Origin: Eutreptiella sp. 'Long Island Sound 2002' | Lineage: Eukaryota; Protista; Euglenida | Length of the DNA: 64,000 nt | Assembly (NCBI GenBank): GCA_964036045.1 | Contig: OZ038379.1 | Span: forward strand, 2,790,001-2,854,000 | Reading direction: 5' to 3' | Part shown: piece after piece, positions 12,918 to 24,533 of the stretch | How positions within the stretch are numbered: position 1 is the first letter of the stretch | Layout: each line of letters opens with the position of its first letter | Position numbers and translations under genes: made by a program | Notes under the pieces: generated by a model | What the model was told of the DNA's origin: nothing | The model's input: only the letters and a program-made list of their open reading frames with translations | Databases searched by the model: none

Positions 12918-13258
12918 GTAGGTAATTCTATCAATTACCCTAGTTTCTGAAGGGGACAAAATGGAGTAGTGACTTTTTTCTCCGAATGACTCTCATTTTT
13001 GCATGTTTTGAGGGCATAAAAGGGTCAAATGATTCGGGCAAGTTACCTACTGTTCTTTTCGGGGACGTTTTTTTGTCCGCCAAAAACCCTTGTTTTGTGT
13101 TTTCTGTTGTGTTCGGCAACTTTTCTCCTTTCTTTTTTTTTGTGGATTTTTTCAAATTGTCGAACGCAACGATGGACAAATCATGCCATTTTTCCAAGCC
13201 TATTGCGAGGCCTCGCAATACAAAATACAAACTAGGGTAATTAACGTAAATTACCTAC
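12918..13258. mobile_element. MITE-like segment with ~29-bp imperfect terminal inverted repeats
   Basis: GTAGGTAATT-ctatc-AATTACCCTAGTTT (12918-12946) versus AAACTAGGGTAATT-aacgta-AATTACCTAC (13229-13258). Confidence 0.5.
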
Positions 13259-13436
13259 ATTTGGATTAGGATTGCGAAGCCCCACAATCAAAAGTGGGTA
13301 CCGAAGCCAGTTTACTCTACTTTTGAGATTGCCTCCCCAAAAAGGATAAACATTTACTCCAATCTTCACAATCACAGCACAAAAACAATAGCATATTTTC
13401 ACTGTTTTCAAGATGCATTGCGAAGCCTTGCATTAC
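13201..13436. repeat. Perfect 20-bp palindrome TATTGCGAGGCCTCGCAATA with degenerate copies
   Basis: Perfect copy at 13201-13220; degenerate copies at ~13270-13289 and ~13417-13436. Confidence 0.6.
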
Positions 13437-14156
13437 AGAAAGAGGATATCTAAGCGGAATCACCCATGATTTTCACAATAGGCTGTGAAGCGAGTGGTAG
13501 ACAAAATACGTCTACCGGAACAGTAAGACTATTAAGGCTGGATCATTCCATACTGTTCCAGAAGACGCGAGAGTTGTTCCAGAAGACGTGATACGTCTAC
13601 CGGAACAGTAAGACAAAAAGTTAGACGTAGGATCCACCTCTACCAACCAACTCCAGCCCAGACCCACCCACTATGTTATATTATGTTATCATATGTTATG
13701 TTATGTGTAACCATGTGCAAGAGACATGTTTAATGTGTGTTGTTTCGACATATGTATGTGTTTTCATGTGATTGATTCAACAAACCAGAAGCTGCAAGAA
13801 CTCTAGCAGAATATTTTCTCACTGCTTCTGCCACCTGCTGACCGTCGGCATTGCTCTCCTGTGATCCGTCATCCATGATCCATCCCACAGTGTTCCAGAC
13901 AATTTCGTTTGGTGGTCATCTGTTGAATTTTTTAGCGAAATATTGTTTTGCTGCAAGAAATCTACTTGGAGTTGGTAGGACTACTGAATTACTGAATCAA
14001 GGCACTGATTGTTGTTCACGCCGAATGGTCCCATTTTTGTTTTCAGTAGTTCATGATGCTTTAGCATGTTTTAAAGTGCATTTTTTCCATGCTGAGCTGA
14101 GTTACACACAGAGTAGCTCCCTCCAAAGCCAGTAGATCTTGGGAGAAGGTGCATCG

Positions 14157-14669
14157 ATGTTTTGGAAAGGGGCCGGCACCATTGCCGCCGTCACCACCGG
14201 TGCCGTCGTTGGTGCCGGCGTTGCGGGTGCCGCCCTTGTTGCTGCCCCGCCTGTGGCCGCTGCGATTGCAGGGGGAAGCACGTCCTTTGCTACGGCCGCT
14301 GTCGGCGGGAGTGTCGCTGTGGGCGGGACCATTGCCGGTGGTGCTGCCTCCGGCGCGCTGACGACGTATGGAGTGGCACAGCTGGTGTTTGATGAGGCGA
14401 AACTGTGCGCTGAAGAGAAGTGGAACAGCGGCGCCGGTTCCGGCGCTTGGTATGTGTTGACGGGGGGCGCGCTGAAGGACCACAACGGCAATGTGGGCGC
14501 GTGTGCTTTGAAGTTGCGGAAAGCCACGCCTGAATTCGTGGTGTCGCACGGCGCGTTCACCGAATTGTCCAAGCCCAAGTTCTACACGAGCACCGACAAC
14601 GAGAAGAAATATCCGCCGCAGAGCGCCCACAAGTGCCTGCCGCAGTGCACGACAGATTGCGGCCTCTGA
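14157..14669 (+). CDS. Small protein with a Gly/Ala-rich hydrophobic (glycine-zipper-like) N-terminal half and a Cys-containing C-terminal domain
   Basis: 170-codon ORF with GC-rich codon usage distinct from the flanks; repeated GxxxG motifs (GAVVGAGVAG, GGSVAVGGTIAGG). Confidence 0.65.
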   Translation: MFWKGAGTIAAVTTGAVVGAGVAGAALVAAPPVAAAIAGGSTSFATAAVGGSVAVGGTIAGGAASGALTTYGVAQLVFDEAKLCAEEKWNSGAGSGAWYVLTGGALKDHNGNVGACALKLRKATPEFVVSHGAFTELSKPKFYTSTDNEKKYPPQSAHKCLPQCTTDCGL

Positions 14670-15996
14670 AGCTCCGGGTGCTGTCCGCATCATCGCTTTG
14701 GTGGCGTCTCGGAAGGCGTCTCGGAATGGAATATATGTACTTTCCAGGGCTACACCAGTACACCTCTTCCTTCAGACCTACCCCCCCGCACTCACACCAC
14801 ATCTTCATTTCTTGTCCGCGCCACCCGCACTTCTTTTCTGCTGCTGGTCACACATACGCACTCAGGAGCACAAGGTTGCTGTACTACGCCATGAGCTGAC
14901 ACCTCGTTAGTAATCAATCCCCTGTGCACTTGGCGGGCGGTGTTGAAGAACAGTTCCCCCAATGTACATCTGTGATAGCATTAGCAAAGGGCTAAGAGGC
15001 CCATGGGCGTGGCAGCCTCAGCATTCATCCAAGCAAAGGTGAATCCTCTGAGGTGTGGATTGGGACATACAGCGCTTGTTGGACTGCGTCCGGAAGTGGC
15101 TGTTGCGCAGGGCAACCCGGAGTATCTTTCTGACCTATGTGAGCCCGAGGTGTAAGAACAGGTCTCATACCTCTAAATATGTGTGGATTTACCGTGCGCC
15201 AGCGATTAGCAGCGCCAACCAACAGACAACATCTGTGGAGCTTCGATGGATATACACCCTCAGAGTGTTCTTGGGTAGGAGTGGAACGCGGCTGTGTCTA
15301 ACGCCGTTTGATGTGCATCTTTGCCTGCTCATGCCTGAGCCCATGCAACCCACCCAGCACCCAGCGTCTCTACCGGGCCCCTGTGTGGCCCCGGTGTTGG
15401 TGGCTCCCATGGGTCTGAGACAGATGGCAGCCATCGCCCAAGTGATCGGATTTGTAACACCTGCTCCGGGTGTTTCTCTGTATTGTTTCATGGCAAATCC
15501 TCAACGGACTGCTCTGCCGATGACAACATCGTCGAGTCGTACGCAGTCCTCATTTGCAGGAGACAGGCATTGTCGGAGACAGGCAGCTATCAGTCCATCG
15601 CTGCGTTGGGCTATTGTCTTGTCGTCTTGTTGCTCCTGCTCCTGCTGCTTGTCCATAGCATCTGACATTATATTGCACCTCCTCAAACTGTACATTAGCA
15701 GTAGTCAGAGCGTGCTGCATTGACGAAATGACTTGTGCCGTGTTTGCTTCATGAAACCCTGGCACATAGCCGCACCCTCTTTTCTTTGTGAATAGGTTGT
15801 GGGGCACTTTCGCTGCGGTTGGTTGACGTAGGTGGGCAATTTTCCACTTTGTTGGCATTTTTGTCTTCGTTGCGCAGAAAGCACCCCCTACTAAAGGATC
15901 CATACAGGGGACCTACTAAAGGACCCATGGCAGGCGCACTCAAGGTCATCGACGAGACAGCATGAGACATGAAGTCCTTATTTCCAGTAGCCCATA

Positions 15997-16316
15997 GGGC
16001 CAGCGGTCCATTGCAACTCCGGGGAGGGGGGCCCTTCGAGCCGGTGTGAATAAGGGGAGGGGGGGTCTGAAAAACAGGCTCGAAGGGCCGGGCCTTATTT
16101 TTCCCCATTGACATTGGTCCGGAACAGATTTTTGGAAAAAAACTGGTGGTGAACCAGATTTGCCAAATTTATGTGTAAAATCACGTGTTTCAGCAATTTC
16201 AGACGTCCTGCGGTGCTTGTGGTGGGCTAGGCCCTTGGAGCCCAATTAGAGGGGGGGCGGTCTGGGAAACAGGCTCAAAGGGCCCCCCTCCCTGGAGTTG
16301 CAGTGGGCCACGGGCC
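15997..16316. mobile_element. MITE-like element with ~38-bp TIRs, possibly flanked by TA
   Basis: 16005-16042 matches the reverse complement of 16272-16309 at 34/38; TA at 15995-15996 and 16317-16318. Confidence 0.55.
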
Positions 16317-17894
16317 TAGGGGTGTTTTGTGTGGATGTGCCCATTGTCACACCTACAGAGGCCACACAGCCCGGTCGTGTCCATGCCCTGTCACGTCCCC
16401 GCGACATGGAGATTGCCCATGACATGCCCATAAACCAAGCCTGACCCGGGGCGTCATTAGATTCCCTGCCGCCACCGTTCATATGGCAAGGCATGTAAGC
16501 GTTGAGGCAGGGGAGATCCGGGGCGCTCTTGACGGCAATGAGGTGCCCAGCAAGCCGTACGGTCAGGGTGCAGCTTGACGTGATGGTGTGTCGAACTGTG
16601 GGCCATCTGGACGCACATATGTTTTCAGAGGTACGCAAAATGGCAGGAGATCATGGATAACCACCCGAAGAGTGGAAACGCACATCCCCTCCCCCAGAGT
16701 GCCTGCAGATCACTGTGTATGTGGCGGAAACCCCGGGCTGAGCTGCTGCACCCTGTCCAGCTGCTACCATGACCACACATGGTGTTCTGATTATCTCTAA
16801 GTCAGACTCGAGGGCACGCAGGAGATTTCAGAAATTCACGAAAATTCACGGAAATGGAACCGGACCCTCCTGTCTATGCAAGGGGATGGTTTCCCTCCCT
16901 TTGAGTGCCGGCAAGGTGACAAGTTGGGGACAAACCACTGCGCCTTTCTCAGCCAGGTGTCATCAAATACTGCGGAGCCCAAAAAAGCAGCCTACAGGAA
17001 ACACAATCCATGCACATGCTTTCACATGGTGGTCCATGGGATTGGAAGTCTTCAACGCCTGTGTGATGTGCCTCTGGTGGGCTTGGCCTTCTTGCATGGC
17101 TTAGAGGGGCTACATAAAGGCGAATGACCACAAGATGGTGGTGGACTGGGTGTAGTGTCCTCTGTCGATGGGTATATCTACATTGTCCCGGTACATGCAC
17201 CGAAAGTGGCACATAGGACAAACATTCTGTCTTCTAGTGCATTCTCCAGAGATTAAGCATTGCATTCCAAGCTTCAAACTTGTGTATGGGGTGTATATAC
17301 TCGCTTTCAAACTGCAAGTTTTTCGGTGGGTCCAAAAGTGGGCATAGGACCCTGACCTAGAAGGGCACTAGTGGTGATGCGGTCGGGACGGGCGGGTGTG
17401 TGGGCAGACTTTTGAGAAGCGGTAAATCAGGACTGATCCCCGCTGACTAGACAAGCTGTTGGTGGTCTCAATACCGAATTCTGCCTGTGGGGTCTTGTGG
17501 GGCTGCGGTTGGCAGTGGGCGGCCGCAAGTAAAACCAGAACGGACCGTGGCGTGGCCATGATTCCGCTCCCTGCCAGGGGCCCAACTCAGGACTGGCGGA
17601 TGCACAAAAAAAAATTGCAGTTGTTGAGAGGCCAGTGTCTCCTGTGCAGTGCAGCATGGTGTATCTCCCAGATACACTGGGCCTAGTTGGTGCATCCCCA
17701 ATGCAGATTTTGAGGGAACCAAACCGCTGGTGTGGTGAGATGGTGTTGGGCCTCAGCATTTGTCTCCACAGATGGGGGGCTTCCTTAGGAGTGCCTTGAG
17801 GTATGTGCGTGAGCCTTGGCAGTGTTTGGGTTGCTTGGTTGCTCTCTTCAGATGCATGATATTCCTCATGTGGGTGTTTCTTATGTTTGCCGCC

Positions 17895-18135
17895 ATGGTT
17901 CACAGCAGGACCATCACAACTGCCGCCAGCCAGAAGAGCCGCGCAGCTGCCTTCTCCCCCACAGGGCAGCATGTTGCATACAGTGACTCCCAGGAGAAAA
18001 TCCATGTCTGGGATGTGCAGACCCAGCGTGTGACCCACATGATCAGCTGGGGCCCTGAGGCATTCTGGTACGATATCTTTGCGGTGGCATTCTCCCCGGA
18101 CGGCCAGCGCATTGCATTTGGCAGCTTCTCTTCAG
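17895..18135 (+). pseudogene. WD40-repeat exon or fragment
   Basis: AAFSPTGQHVAYSDSQEKIHVWDV and AVAFSPDGQRIAFGS are typical WD40 blades; a possible donor AG|GT follows at 18136. Confidence 0.65.
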
Positions 18136-18142
18136 GTGGGCC

Positions 18143-18279
18143 GCTGGCTGGTGGTTTGAAGGCGCTGGCTGGTGATTTGAAGGCGGTGACTGGTGGTGTG
18201 AAGGCGCTGGCTGGTGGTTTGAAGGCGCTGGCTGGTGGTGTGAAGGTGCTGGTTGGTGGTGTGAAGGCGCTGGCTGGTG
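18143..18279 (+). repeat. 21-bp minisatellite GCTGGCTGGTGGT(T/G)TGAAGGC, ~6.5 copies
   Basis: Read directly. Confidence 0.95.
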
Positions 18280-18424
18280 CATTCCAATGCCTCTGAGATG
18301 CAGCAACAAGGGTGCAGGTCACACAGGGTCGCATACACAGTGGTGCATGGTGGTTGTAACTCTATCATGGGTGATGGGCGTGTGTGCCCATGAAAGGCCT
18401 CTTGTGGAGTGCACTCTGATCTTG

Positions 18425-18519
18425 TGCTGTTGCTGTCGCTATTTCTTCTGCTCCCGTTGCTGCTGCTGTTGCTGCTGCTGTTGTGGTCGTGGTTGTTATT
18501 GCTGCTGCTGCTGTAGTTA

Positions 18520-18555
<36 letters not shown>
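18425..18555. repeat. Imperfect (GCT/GTT)n trinucleotide microsatellite
   Basis: Read directly. Confidence 0.9.
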
Positions 18556-19971
18556 TGTGCTTTCTTCAGGCCTTACAGTCCGCAGCCTCCACGTGTTCAG
18601 TGTGGATTGCCACTCCGCGCAGTGCCCGCCGGCTTTGGCAATCACGGTCCGTCTCTTTGGGAGACGATACCTTAGCTACAACTTTGGGTCCACCACACTT
18701 GAGTCCCGACACCACGTGCACACTGCATCAAGTGCTCCCCACATGGGTTGCCTGTACGCATGGCAACCTGGTGAAAATGTTACTGCATGTTAAAGGATCT
18801 AGAGCAGCTGCTGTGAAAGAGATTTATGTGTGGTTGCAGCAGAAAGCAAGTGCAAGACTTGCTTCTCTACAATTCAAACATTATTTGACCACGAGCAAGC
18901 AAATTTTGTGGCACGGATATCAAAACTGCATCAATGTGACGACCAGCCCATTGGCTCCTACAGCGGAGCAATAATATAGGTTCCATGCATAGTTTTTGGT
19001 GATTGCTGGGATCAGAAAAGCCAGATTGGGGCAACGGCTGCTCGAATGCCAAACCCGAGTGTCAGAATTTCCAAGAATGTTAGTATCATGAGTGCGCGCT
19101 AATGAGAGATCGCCGATCCAAAGGTTTGGACCTGTAGGGTAACAAGAATGAATTGTGAGACCATTGCGCACTTTTGTTGTACTTGGTGGCCAGGTCCCAA
19201 CCTCCAGCCTTGGGGCGGGGGCAACAATGCGCCATGGGGTGATGGATCCAAGATGGAATATTTCTTCCATTTTGGGGTTGCACCATGCCACGGAGAGGCA
19301 AGATTGTTCCCAAAAGCTCCATTTTTTTTTACATTCTTCCTAACTTCCTCAGAAACTATTCGTTGTGAACGCACTGTGCAGACTTGCCCCGATAGCTCCC
19401 AACCCACAGGTCGTGACACGAGCAACAATTTGAGGAACAGCAGATGAAGGACAGGTGCATTGGCAAGAGCAAGGGCACACCTCAATGGTCCCAAACATAC
19501 AAGTTCAGCATGGAAGACTGCAATTGGCATGAAACTCATGTGACAGGTGGTCGTCCGGGATTAGGATGATGATACACCATGCTTTAGCCAGTGAATTCTG
19601 GATGCACAACCGTGTCTGGCTTATTCATGTGAAGTAGGCCCCACTGACTTAACAACAATCGGTAAAAATATGGGAGTCTGGGATTGTGTCCATACGGCTA
19701 TTGTACTGCGGGGAGAATACTCAGCCTTCGGGGATGGTTAATTCAGAAGGTGTGTGCAGTGCGCTTTCAGGGAGGCTCATCTCGGACTTGATGTGTTGCA
19801 GCTCTTTCAGGGCAATTTTGCCACGAGCATGGCACTACAACGCCCCATTCAGTCCCTGTTTGGCGAGTTCCGTATATCAGTGCCCTTGCCAGCATCCTAC
19901 CCAACATGACAGTGGCTGGAGCAGTCCTCGAGCCGCCATATGATGTGTGGCCACTGCACTCTGTGCCGAAG

Positions 19972-22076
19972 GCCTAGCCTGGCATTCCACCACCTCTCGT
20001 CATGGCTCGCGGAGTGTACACAAGGAGCTCGGCAGCGACAGCGTCGTATTCAAGAATGAAAGTTGGAGGGAGCAGTTGGACATTGTCGGGACCCAGATCC
20101 AGTCGGTTCTGTCGCCTCAATTCGACATTGTACAGACCGAATTCTGCAGGTAGCTGATGTGCCCACCCCACCGACCCCATCGGCAATTCTTCTGATTTTT
20201 TTTTTAAAAAAAACCACCATCTCAACCACTCTGCACACACGCACTTTCATACGAGTGTCCTGTGTCATCTTCATTGTCTCTCTTCACCTTTCTCGTCCGC
20301 CGGACGGTTTGCTGGCCGCTTACCCATGGTACAGCGGGCCTGTCGCTGTGCTCCCGCCCTCCTGGCCCTCTTCCTAACCTACCTCGTAAAGAGGAGGATC
20401 AATCAAGCCGTGTTGTTTGACATGATCTGAGGCACTTGCAATAGGTCCTGTCACGTCTCCCTGATCGCGTTCAAACAGCGGCATGTCCAGCCCCCCCCCC
20501 CCCCCCCAAAAAGACGGGTGTGGTATGCTGCAACCATCCCCAAATGACCCATTTTGCCGTACAAAAGTTCTGAGCACGTGTGTCATAAGGTCGTGCACAG
20601 ACAACAGCCCTGTCCAAAACAACACACTGACATCAGGGATTGTGCCAGAAGTGTCGGTGGGAGCAAAACCTGGGACCCAGATGGCTACGAAGGTTTCCGC
20701 ATTGGTTGTTGTCCCAAGGTTTTCAGGCCCGGAATATGTTTGGATTCTGGCATACAGTGTCGTGTGGAGGTGTAGCGCACTGCACTGCACGTTGAAAGAC
20801 CGTTGGCCAGCCAGGGAGTCCACATGGTTTCCCCCTGGCGCAGAATCTGAGGGCGTCTGTAACCCCCAAGGATGCATTGGACCTTCATGCCACACATTTT
20901 GGAGGGATGGGGGCACGGGGGCTTCCCCTTCCCAAGTGTCAATTTTGCCAGCTCCATCCTGCGACCTATGGAACCACACTGTCTGCTCCGTAGCAACCCA
21001 TTCCTTCCGCACATGCATGCACGCATGCACGTAGGCACGGACCGACGGATGTATTGCATGCATGCTCGCATGGGGACTCATAGTGACTGATCCCCTGACG
21101 CAAGACTTGGAATTCGGACCATCCGAAGGCTCTTCTTCCATGCGTGTTGCAGGTGTCTCATGTACCGGGGTTGCGAATGGGTGTGCAAAGATGCTCCACG
21201 CCGCCCAGACGTGTTCGGCACGCTCCTGTTTGTCCTGCCGATGAAGGACTCGGATGTGCAAGTGTCGCTGTGCTCCGCCCACGCCGCTGACGCTGCCGTG
21301 GTCTCCACACATCGCAAGGAGTGCCGGTGGGTGGCCTTCTACTCCGGCGTGCGCTGCGCCATCCGGCGCAGTCACGAGGGATACCTGCTGCTGCTGAGCT
21401 ACAACCTCGTCCGGCGCGGCCACCGGCCCATGGAGGTGCACCCGAGCCCAGCGGCGCGCGTGCTCTTTGCGGCGATTTCCGCGCTGCTGCACGCCAACTG
21501 AGGGAAAAAACGATGGAACGGCGTGTCGTTCCGGCTGCAGTTCACATACCCCCCCGGAGCCCGTGACGCCCGATCAACTAAACAGCGCAGATGCGCGGTT
21601 CTACCAGATCGCCGTGCAGCAGCGGGAGTTCGACGTCTGTCTGCACTACACCATTCGGGATTGCGAGGACTCTGAGGACCGACGGCGTCGACCATTTCCT
21701 GTTCCTGACCCTCAGTTCGCCGGCCGGCCGTCCAGTGAAGGAGGGGGGCTGCCCCGGGCACCGCGACAGCGGCCCCCAGAGCCCCGGCGGGCCTCCGAAG
21801 GGGCGCGTGGACACCCTTTTCACAAAGCTGCAGAAGGACAACCTCTTCAGAAGGCTGTCGCTGGACAGTGCACTGGACCGGCGCCAGGGGGTCCCTGGGC
21901 CGAGGCACACATGCAGCCCGAAGACCCGACCGGGGGCGGGGCGTGGAGACAGGCCCCCGAGCGCGTCGGCCGCGCCCGGCGCCGAGGCCGGCGCGCCCGG
22001 GCCCTTGCTGACGCGGCTTCAGAGGACTTGTGCGTCCCCCAACCTTCGAAGGATGCAGCGCAGGGCCACCCAGTGA
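19972..22076 (+). pseudogene. Spliced 2OG-Fe(II)-oxygenase-fold-like gene (P4H-like type), catalytically degenerate and disrupted
   Basis: Exon to 20149, GT-AG intron 20150-21152 and exon from 21153 join in frame: ...NESWREQL..FCR-CLMYRG..FGTLLFVLP..AFYSGV..GYLLLLSYNL. After that come a TGA at 21499 and frameshifts in a C-run (~21550) and near 21670, with homologous-looking text continuing (QLNSADARFY). Confidence 0.6.
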
Positions 22077-22237
22077 GAGGGCGACGTCCCCATGCAACCC
22101 CCCTTCACCCTGGCCCCAGCGCAGCCCTGTCTGGCCCGGCGACCTCGTGTGACCGTTGTGTGGCTCAACGCCGTTTTCGTGGGTGACACGGATGTGAGCG
22201 CAAGTCAGCGGGGGAGAGGGGTTGGGTCACGCACACG

Positions 22238-22353
22238 CTGCAGGAGCCCCACTGCCCACTGCCCCCTGCAGTGCAGCGGTGTACTGAAGGAGCCCCAATG
22301 CCCACTGCCCCCTGCAATGTGGCAGTGTACTGGAGGAGCCCCACTACCCACTG
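22238..22353. repeat. 46-bp tandem repeat, ~2.5 copies
   Basis: CTG(C/A/G)AGGAGCCCCA.. starts at 22238, 22284 and 22330. Confidence 0.85.
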
Positions 22354-22686
22354 GCCGCTTCTGCCCACAAGAACGTTGTGCCTCGGAATGCACCCCATTT
22401 CTGCCCGCGGTGGAGGCAATTGTGAACGGCACATTTCGCTTGGGGGCCGTGGCAAGTTACCGGGGTACCTACTGTGATTGTGTGAGGCGGGGCACCAACC
22501 ACCACACCCCCGGAGCACCAATTACTGGGCTCCACTAACGCGAAAGCGAAACCAGCAGGAACACAGGCCGCAGTGGCCGACAGAACATGGCCACCCGACG
22601 CAGCACGCGAAGGGAAGAACGGGTGACTGTCCAGGGCCCCGTAAAGAATCAGCAACCCGACGGAATGTCACACAGGGGGTGGGGCT

Positions 22687-22710
22687 CTTTCTGAGTGTCT
22701 ATTGTTTTCG
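22687..22710 (+). other. Euglenid spliced-leader (SL) mini-exon-like relic
   Basis: CTTTCTGAGTGTCTATTGTTTTCG versus the Euglena gracilis SL as recalled, ACTTTCTGAGTGTCTATTTTTTTTCG. It is not followed by a GT donor; an ATG lies 12 nt downstream (22723). Confidence 0.8.
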
Positions 22711-22940
22711 CGAAAGGCGCTTATGGCATTGTCACTGAAGAGCTTGCATTCTGACTGTTGTTGCTTTGCAGCCTGTGCCTTGGGGGGTAACGGTTAGCAT
22801 TCAACATCTGCATCCCACAGTGGGGGCTTCCCCCTTTTGCCCGTGCCTTGTCCAGGTGGGTGTCACAGCCTTCTGCACCAGGCCCCAACGCCTCCCCTGA
22901 ATCCTCCCCAGGGCTGTGCCACAGCGGGTCCCAATTCCCC

Positions 22941-23036
22941 GTGCCAGTCTGCACCAGTCAGGACCGCGGCTGATGCCTTTTCGTGGGAGTGCCAGTCTGC
23001 ACCAGTCAGGACCGCGGCTGATGCCTTTTCGTGGGA
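22941..23036. repeat. Perfect 48-bp tandem duplication
   Basis: GTGCCAGTCTGCACCAGTCAGGACCGCGGCTGATGCCTTTTCGTGGGA x2. Confidence 0.95.
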
Positions 23037-23326
23037 ATGCGGGTTGCACCCGACGGTGCCTGTGCTGAGAAGCTGATCGATCTGTGGGCACCGCCCAGTC
23101 ATTGCTCGATTAATGAGGGCGCCTGCGCCGCTGGGTCTGGACAGGGCTGTCAGAAGGGGAGGGGGGGTCCAACAAGACTGCACAAGATACCTTTGTGCAT
23201 GGTTTGAAGTTTAAAGCTGGAAGGTGAGGGGGACCGAGGCAGGGGGGGGATTAAGCAAATGCACAATTTTGCATAATTTGCAGATTGGGTCTTTGGGCAT
23301 AATTTGCATAAGTTGCATTATTTTGC

Positions 23327-24373
23327 GGCCAATAATCTTATGCAGACGGCTCAATCACTGATCACAGGAACCGTGAGGGGAATCTTGGCGCAACGACAGG
23401 TTACTATCAGGGTGGTAGTGACATGGGCCTCACACGTGGACGCCTGCGCTAGGGTGCTCGCCGTGTCCGCTCGGCGCACGCGGTTTTGGTTCCACCATAG
23501 TGTTCGCGTGACTCTCTATGCGGCGCACCGCACACGTCAATGTGTCCTGTTGGGCACACTTTCCAGCCTGCGCCGCCTCACCACAAGGGTCCTGCGGCAT
23601 ACAGAAATGCTGGAACTGGCGCTGCGCTCCGCGCTCGCCCACTCGGCCACAGTTGCCCGGGCCAACATCAGCCACCAGCAGCTGGCCTACCAAAAGTTCC
23701 GCACATGGGCTGCTATGGTGACCCATAAGCTGGGGGACAGGGACACGTGGTTGACCGCAGCCATGTGCGATACCTTGCAACTTGCCCGCGTCAGCCAACA
23801 TAGATCCATGAAACAATGGCGGCAGGAGTCACTGGAGGAGGTGCGGGCCTGCATGAGCCGGTGGCTGATGGAGTACCAGGCCTGGGTGGAGGAAATTGCA
23901 GAGCGGTGGAGCCTTGTCAGGGAACAGAAAAAGAGGCCTGCGAGTGCAGTCGCCTTATCACCGGGTCGGCGTTTCAAGCGATACAGGACGCACCACCCTG
24001 ACACCCCGGACTACATCCAGCTCACTGGGGACCCTGAACCGACAGACCCATGGGAGATTCAGCTGACTGGATCTCCCAGGACCCACCGCACGTGACCCTT
24101 GGCTCGCTACCACCACACTAGAAAATCACTTGAAACTTCGGACTGGGCAGCCAACGCCCGTGGCAGAGCAGATCTGCACACCACTGTCAGCCGACTTGTG
24201 GGATAACTTGTCCCCACAGGCGTCCTCGATGGACGTGCATAACCCGCACGAAGCCTGTGGCTATAGTTACAACGGCTGTACTGATGCTAGGCGACCTGCC
24301 TATGAGTGCCCCTTCTTTGTTCATAGTGAGACTTTGAACTTCGAACTTATGTGGCGCCGGAAGTAAAAAAAAA
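23327..24373 (+). mobile_element. 5'-truncated non-LTR retrotransposon or retroposed insertion with poly(A) and a 19-bp TSD
   Basis: ATAAGTTGCATTATTTTGC at 23308-23326 and 24374-24392; A-tract at 24365-24373; the frame is open from the 5' junction to 24095; no RT motif in the remnant. Confidence 0.8.
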
Positions 24374-24533
24374 ATAAGTTGCATTATTTTGCATTATTAT
24401 GCAACCATCGGGGCGCCTGAAGCGCAGTGCGCGCGTAGTGCAACTATTTGGGCGTCTGGCCGTACTAGAGACCCATACTTTGAGATACTAGGGGCCCCTA
24501 GGGGCATCATGGTGACCCCTAGCGGAGGTTTTG

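Noticed and set aside
14061-14693. Minus-strand ORFs over the glycine-zipper gene
   Set aside because: GC-rich antisense shadows; the plus frame has the coherent composition.
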